A stretch of DNA of 32,000 nucleotides from Aeropyrum pernix K1 (GTDB lineage: Archaea; Thermoproteota; Thermoprotei_A; Sulfolobales; Acidilobaceae), in contig NC_000854.2 in assembly GCF_000011125.1 (NCBI RefSeq), forward strand, positions 1,140,001 to 1,172,000. Reading direction: 5' to 3'. A program made the translations under genes and the position numbers. Below the pieces are notes generated by a model, which had not been told where the DNA came from, searched no databases, and saw only the letters and a list, made by a program, of their open reading frames with translations. Shown piece after piece: positions 24,434 to 32,000 of the stretch (positions are counted from its first letter, which is position 1; every line of letters begins with the position of its first letter).

Positions 24434-25747
24434 CTACTTGGCCTTTATGTCTACCTTAGCGGGCTTTACGTCAGTCACGATTCCTATGCCCACAGTCCTG
24501 TTCATGTCCCTCATGGCGAACCTCCCTAGCTGGGGTATCTCGCTGAACTTCTCTACGACAAGCGGCTTCACTGGCTTGAACCTTACTATGGCTGCGTCAC
24601 CTGCCTTGAGGAACTGTGGGTTCTGCTCCACCACCTGGCCGGTCTTCGGGTCGAGCTTAGCCTTGATCTCTATTATCCTAGAGCTGACGCTGGCTGTGTG
24701 GACGTGTATCACAGGCGTGTAGCCCACCGTTATTGCGCTTGGATGCCATATCACGAATATCCTGGCCTCGAACTCCTCCGCCACAGTCGGCGGCTTGTCT
24801 AGGTGTCCGGCTACGTCGCCCCTCTTTATGTCGCTCTTGCTCACACCCCTAACGGCAAAGCCTATGTTGTCACCCGGCTCGGCCTGCTGCAGCTGCTGGT
24901 AGTGCATCTCTATGCTCCTAACCTCTCCCACTACGCCCGGCGGCATGAAGACAACCTTGTCTCCAACCCTTAGAACGCCCGTCTCAACTCTGCCTACCGG
25001 AACTGTACCAGCCCCGGGGATACTGTAGACGTTCTGAACAGGTATCCTGAGGGGCTTGTCGACAGGCTTTGCTGGAGGCTGCAGCTGGTCCAACGCCTCT
25101 ACTAGAGTCGGCCCGTTATACCAAGGCATGTTGGGGCTCCTCTCTATCAGGTTGTCGCCTTTCCAGGCGCTCACCGGTATGAACGGTATCTTATCGACCT
25201 GGTAACCTAGGCCTTTCATGAACTTCTTGAGAACGGACACTACGAATTCGTACCTCTTCTGGTCGTAGTTCACGTCAGGCGCGTCCATCTTGTTAACAGC
25301 AACTATTATCTGCTCTATACCCATGGTCCTGGCGAGGAGTAGGTGCTCTCTCGTCTGGCCCTCAGTGCTCATTCCAGCCTCGAACTCACCCTTCCTTGCG
25401 CTGACCACAAGTATAGCGGCGTCTGCCTGACTGGCGCCCGTTATCATGTTCTTCACGAAGTCTCTGTGGCCCGGGGCGTCGATTATTGTGAATACGTACT
25501 TCTTAGTCTCGAACTTCATAAACGTCAGGTCGATTGTTATACCCCTCTCACGCTCCTCCTTCATCTTGTCCAGTATCCACGCGAACTTGAAGGACTCCTT
25601 GCCCCTAGACTTAGCCTGCTCCTCAAGCTCTTTCAGCTTCTTCTCCTCTATATAGCCGAGCCTGTAGAGCAGGTGGCCTACCAGTGTACTCTTACCGTGG
25701 TCTACGTGACCTATTACCACTAGGTTCATATGCGGCTTCTCAGCCAT
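24434..25747 (-). CDS. tuf: Translation elongation factor 1-alpha (aEF-1alpha / EF-Tu homologue)
   Basis: The 437-aa protein has G1 GHVDHGKST, G3 DAPGH and G4 NKMD, and is colinear with archaeal EF-1alpha throughout. Confidence 0.99.
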   Translation of the reverse strand: MAEKPHMNLVVIGHVDHGKSTLVGHLLYRLGYIEEKKLKELEEQAKSRGKESFKFAWILDKMKEERERGITIDLTFMKFETKKYVFTIIDAPGHRDFVKNMITGASQADAAILVVSARKGEFEAGMSTEGQTREHLLLARTMGIEQIIVAVNKMDAPDVNYDQKRYEFVVSVLKKFMKGLGYQVDKIPFIPVSAWKGDNLIERSPNMPWYNGPTLVEALDQLQPPAKPVDKPLRIPVQNVYSIPGAGTVPVGRVETGVLRVGDKVVFMPPGVVGEVRSIEMHYQQLQQAEPGDNIGFAVRGVSKSDIKRGDVAGHLDKPPTVAEEFEARIFVIWHPSAITVGYTPVIHVHTASVSSRIIEIKAKLDPKTGQVVEQNPQFLKAGDAAIVRFKPVKPLVVEKFSEIPQLGRFAMRDMNRTVGIGIVTDVKPAKVDIKAK

Positions 25748-25820
25748 GCCATACCACCTTTTTTAGAGACACCGTAAGGATAAGGGAGAGAGTAAGGCTT
25801 AAAAAGAAATTGGCCCAGCC

Positions 25821-26438
25821 TCACCTCGAGCTCAGAGCAATCCTCTCAATCTCCTCCTTCTGCCTTATGGCATAGCTCCTCGGGTCTCCCCTAGCAGCGA
25901 GAATGAGCTCCTCTGCCAGGCACTCCTCTATTGGCTTCGGGTTGTTGAATGCACACTGTCTAGCACCATCGGCTATGAACTTCAGAGCCTGGTCGACCCT
26001 CCTCTGGGGCGCTACATCAACAGACACTCTGTAGGTTATACCACCGTATGTTATTTTCGTGGTGTCTTCCCTAGGAGCACTGTTCTCTATAGCCTTAACA
26101 AGAACCTGTATAGGGTTCTCCCCAGTTTCGAAATATATGATGTCGAATGCTGTCTTAACAATATTGTAGGCTAGATGCTTCTTCCCCCCGTTCCTCCCGG
26201 GCCTCATAAGCTTGTTCATAAGCCTCTCAACTATAGGGACCTCAGCCTTACCGAACCTCCTCTTCTCATGCCTCCCGCCTGTGTGGGGCAGCCAGACAGG
26301 CTTCAGGTTGATATACCTCTTAAGACTCGGATCTCTAACCTCAACACCAACCCAGCTCCACTTCCCGAAGAGACGTATCTTATCCGGCCTTACCTCAACA
26401 CCTTCTCCCAGGCTAAAGCCGGTACCCTGACCCGACAA
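25821..26438 (-). CDS. rps7: Ribosomal protein S7 (uS7)
   Basis: Contains LFGKWSW..., [25 protein letters not shown] and [13 protein letters not shown]. The only start-type codon in the open frame is a TTG. Confidence 0.96.
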   Translation of the reverse strand: MSGQGTGFSLGEGVEVRPDKIRLFGKWSWVGVEVRDPSLKRYINLKPVWLPHTGGRHEKRRFGKAEVPIVERLMNKLMRPGRNGGKKHLAYNIVKTAFDIIYFETGENPIQVLVKAIENSAPREDTTKITYGGITYRVSVDVAPQRRVDQALKFIADGARQCAFNNPKPIEECLAEELILAARGDPRSYAIRQKEEIERIALSSR

Positions 26439-26530
26439 ACCCTTGCAACCCCCGGAGAGTCGGGTTAACCTCCTAAACTCTTATACTTCTCGCTGCCCAA
26501 CTTAGACCATGGCGAGAGAGGGTAGAAGGC

Positions 26531-27001
26531 TTGCCCGTACTGCCGGGGGAAGGTCTGGTAAAGGTAGTCGATGTAGACGCGTATATAAAGAGGATGAGCG
26601 ATCCAAGGTCAGGCTTCGTCTTTGACGTTACAGTGATGGAGCTGAAGCTGGAGAACGGGTCAAAGTTCGTTATGTCCAACATACCTGTAGAGATTGTAGA
26701 AGCTGTTAACGTTATGAAAAACAACATAGACACTCCCAGGAGGCAGAGCCTTTTCATCTTTCTAATGAATAGCGAGGTGTTTAAGGACGCTGCCGTGAAT
26801 TTTGTGAAGGAGGTTGTCATAGACGAGATAGACCAGAATACAGGCCTTTACACTGCAACGCTAGTGCTTGAGGAGGACGGATTTAAGCTCAAGCTTAAAA
26901 TGATACCGAGCCACGCAGTGTATCTTGCACTCATAGCTGGGAGGCCTATCTACGTCCTGGAAAAGCTTGTTCACGAGTCATACTCCGAGGAGGAGTACTA
27001 G
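26531..27001 (+). CDS. DUF151 / bifunctional-nuclease (BFN) domain-like protein
   Basis: The 156-aa ORF lies on the opposite strand to the flanking ribosomal genes. The pattern NIPVEIVEAV...TPRRQSLF...VKEVVIDEI..GLYTATLVLE....LKMIPSHAVYLALIAGRPIYV follows the BFN domain layout, where the canonical motif is RPSDAIALAL (from memory). The TTG start is uncertain. Confidence 0.6.
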   Translation: MPVLPGEGLVKVVDVDAYIKRMSDPRSGFVFDVTVMELKLENGSKFVMSNIPVEIVEAVNVMKNNIDTPRRQSLFIFLMNSEVFKDAAVNFVKEVVIDEIDQNTGLYTATLVLEEDGFKLKLKMIPSHAVYLALIAGRPIYVLEKLVHESYSEEEY

Positions 27002-27096
27002 AGGATGAGGTATTGTTTACCGCTCTTTGTTTACCCCTAGGCTATTAAGAGCATCGAGGCAAAATTCCACGTATAAAATATTTCAGGATTAGAGCA

Positions 27097-27540
27097 CTAC
27101 TTCCTCGGCTTCTGCTTCTTGCCCTCCCAGAGCGCCTTCAGCGAAACTCCGTTCACCATAACTACTCTATACCTTACCCCTGGTATATCTCCCATAGACC
27201 TGCCCCTAGGCCCTCCTATACCCTCTATTATAACCTCGTCATGCTCGTCCACATAGAGGATACCGCCGTCCCTGGGTACGAAGGCCGTCACCACCTTCTT
27301 ATTCTTTACTAGCTGAACCCTGACACACTTTCGAAGAGCGCTGTTAGGCTGTCTTGCCTCGACACCCACCTTCTCCAACACTATACCCCTGGCCATGGGA
27401 GCTCCTTCGAGGGGGTCGTACTTTCTCTTTAGATCTAGCATTCGTATTCTGAACTCTCTCTGGCTCCACCTGAACTTTAGCCTTTTCCTCCTCAGCTTCC
27501 GTGCTGCGAATAGGCCTGCGGGAGCCTTTTTCCCAGTCAT
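27097..27540 (-). CDS. rps12: Ribosomal protein S12 (uS12)
   Basis: Contains [32 protein letters not shown]...VTAFVP and GDIPGVRY. Confidence 0.97.
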
Positions 27541-27629
27541 GCCTACCTAGCCACCCCGGGATAATCCGACTTCAGGTGTGGCTAATAAATCCTCCCTGCA
27601 GAATACTGTGGTTTTGATAATAGCCGGGT

Positions 27630-28064
27630 TCACCTTATAACCACCTTCTCGACGCCGAAGAGCTTGCTGAGTACTAGTCTTGCCCTTTTCACGTTCTTGC
27701 CGCCCTTACCGATAGCTGCACCTTTGTCGTCTTCGCTCACCTTTATCACTACCTGCTTGACTCCGTTCCTCTCCCTAACATTTATGCTCTCTATTTTTAC
27801 TCCTGGAAACAGGTTCTTCACTATTCTCTCCAGGTCGCTAGAATACTCCACAACCTCTATGTTCTTCCCCAGGGCCTCCCTGAGAAGCTTTATAAGCCTA
27901 CCCCCTCTTCCTATGGCTCTGCCAGCCTCGCCCTCCGAGACGAGGAATATCAGCCTGTTGTTCTCCTCATCGACAATGCAGCGGTATGCAGTGACGCCTG
28001 TTATGCTGTGGAAAACGGAGATATAACGTAGCTCCTCGAGCGTTATCCTATAATCACCACTCAT
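27630..28064 (-). CDS. nusA: Archaeal NusA-like protein (two KH domains)
   Basis: The 144-aa protein has GRAIGRGGRLIK and GAAIGKGGKNVK GXXG KH motifs. Its position between rpl30e and rps12 is conserved. Confidence 0.9.
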   Translation of the reverse strand: MSGDYRITLEELRYISVFHSITGVTAYRCIVDEENNRLIFLVSEGEAGRAIGRGGRLIKLLREALGKNIEVVEYSSDLERIVKNLFPGVKIESINVRERNGVKQVVIKVSEDDKGAAIGKGGKNVKRARLVLSKLFGVEKVVIR

Positions 28065-28065
28065 T

Positions 28066-28374
28066 TCACGCTTCCTCCGCCTGCTCTAGTATCCTGCTCG
28101 AGCCCTCGTCTATAACTGCAAGCACGCTAACCCCATGTCTTCTACCCATGACCAGACCCATATCCATCCTTGTCCCTCTATACACTATAATGGGTATACC
28201 AGCGAGCTTCGCATAATACTCAAGCTTCCTCCTCAACTCTGGCGGAGTGTTTTCTGCTATAACGATAGCCTTCGCTTCCCCCGCTTTCACAGCCTTAAGA
28301 GATTGTTTGAAGCCCATTGCATAAACTCCCGTCTTAACTAGATCCTTAAGCGCCTTCTCCACCGACACCGACAT
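28066..28374 (-). CDS. rpl30e: Ribosomal protein L30e
   Basis: The 102-aa sequence KTGVYAMGFKQSLKAVKAGEAKAIVIAENTP fits the family. It lies 1 nt upstream of nusA. Confidence 0.95.
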   Translation of the reverse strand: MSVSVEKALKDLVKTGVYAMGFKQSLKAVKAGEAKAIVIAENTPPELRRKLEYYAKLAGIPIIVYRGTRMDMGLVMGRRHGVSVLAVIDEGSSRILEQAEEA

Positions 28375-28403
28375 AGTCTACACCCCCACTGCTATGCGGA
28401 TAG

Positions 28404-32000
<3,597 letters not shown>

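Overview
This window is a core chromosomal segment of a moderately GC-rich hyperthermophilic crenarchaeon. From memory only, with no search run, the EF-1alpha, Alba and glyoxylate reductase sequences look Aeropyrum-like (Desulfurococcales). The right third (23.5-32 kb, minus strand) holds the conserved archaeal transcription/translation cluster: rpoA1(A')-rpoA2(A'')-rpl30e-nusA-rps12 ... rps7-tuf ... rps10-tRNA-Ser. Two things interrupt that cluster. A DUF151/bifunctional-nuclease-like gene sits on the opposite strand between rps12 and rps7. An unexplained 332-nt non-coding spacer lies between tuf and rps10, carrying a duplicated 13-nt motif. The rest is housekeeping and accessory genes: L7Ae, TruD/Pus7, class II fumarase, two Alba paralogues, glyoxylate reductase, an S9 peptidase, and a tightly overlapping prs-Trm11(THUMP)-RNase Z block. 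It also includes a four-gene overlapping ABC-2 exporter plus NAD-kinase-like operon, a ferritin-VIT1 fusion, a PF09818-type ABC-class ATPase flanked by two DUF457-like membrane proteins, a DUF763 protein, a CBS protein and an orphan polytopic membrane protein. There are three tRNA genes, all with genomically encoded CCA: Glu-CUC (partial), Pro-GGG with a 37-nt intron in a textbook bulge-helix-bulge, and Ser-GGA. I saw no CRISPR array, transposase, integrase or recognisable defence system. The candidates for something undescribed are modest gene-neighbourhood and non-coding observations, and all family assignments are motif recognition from memory, not database hits.
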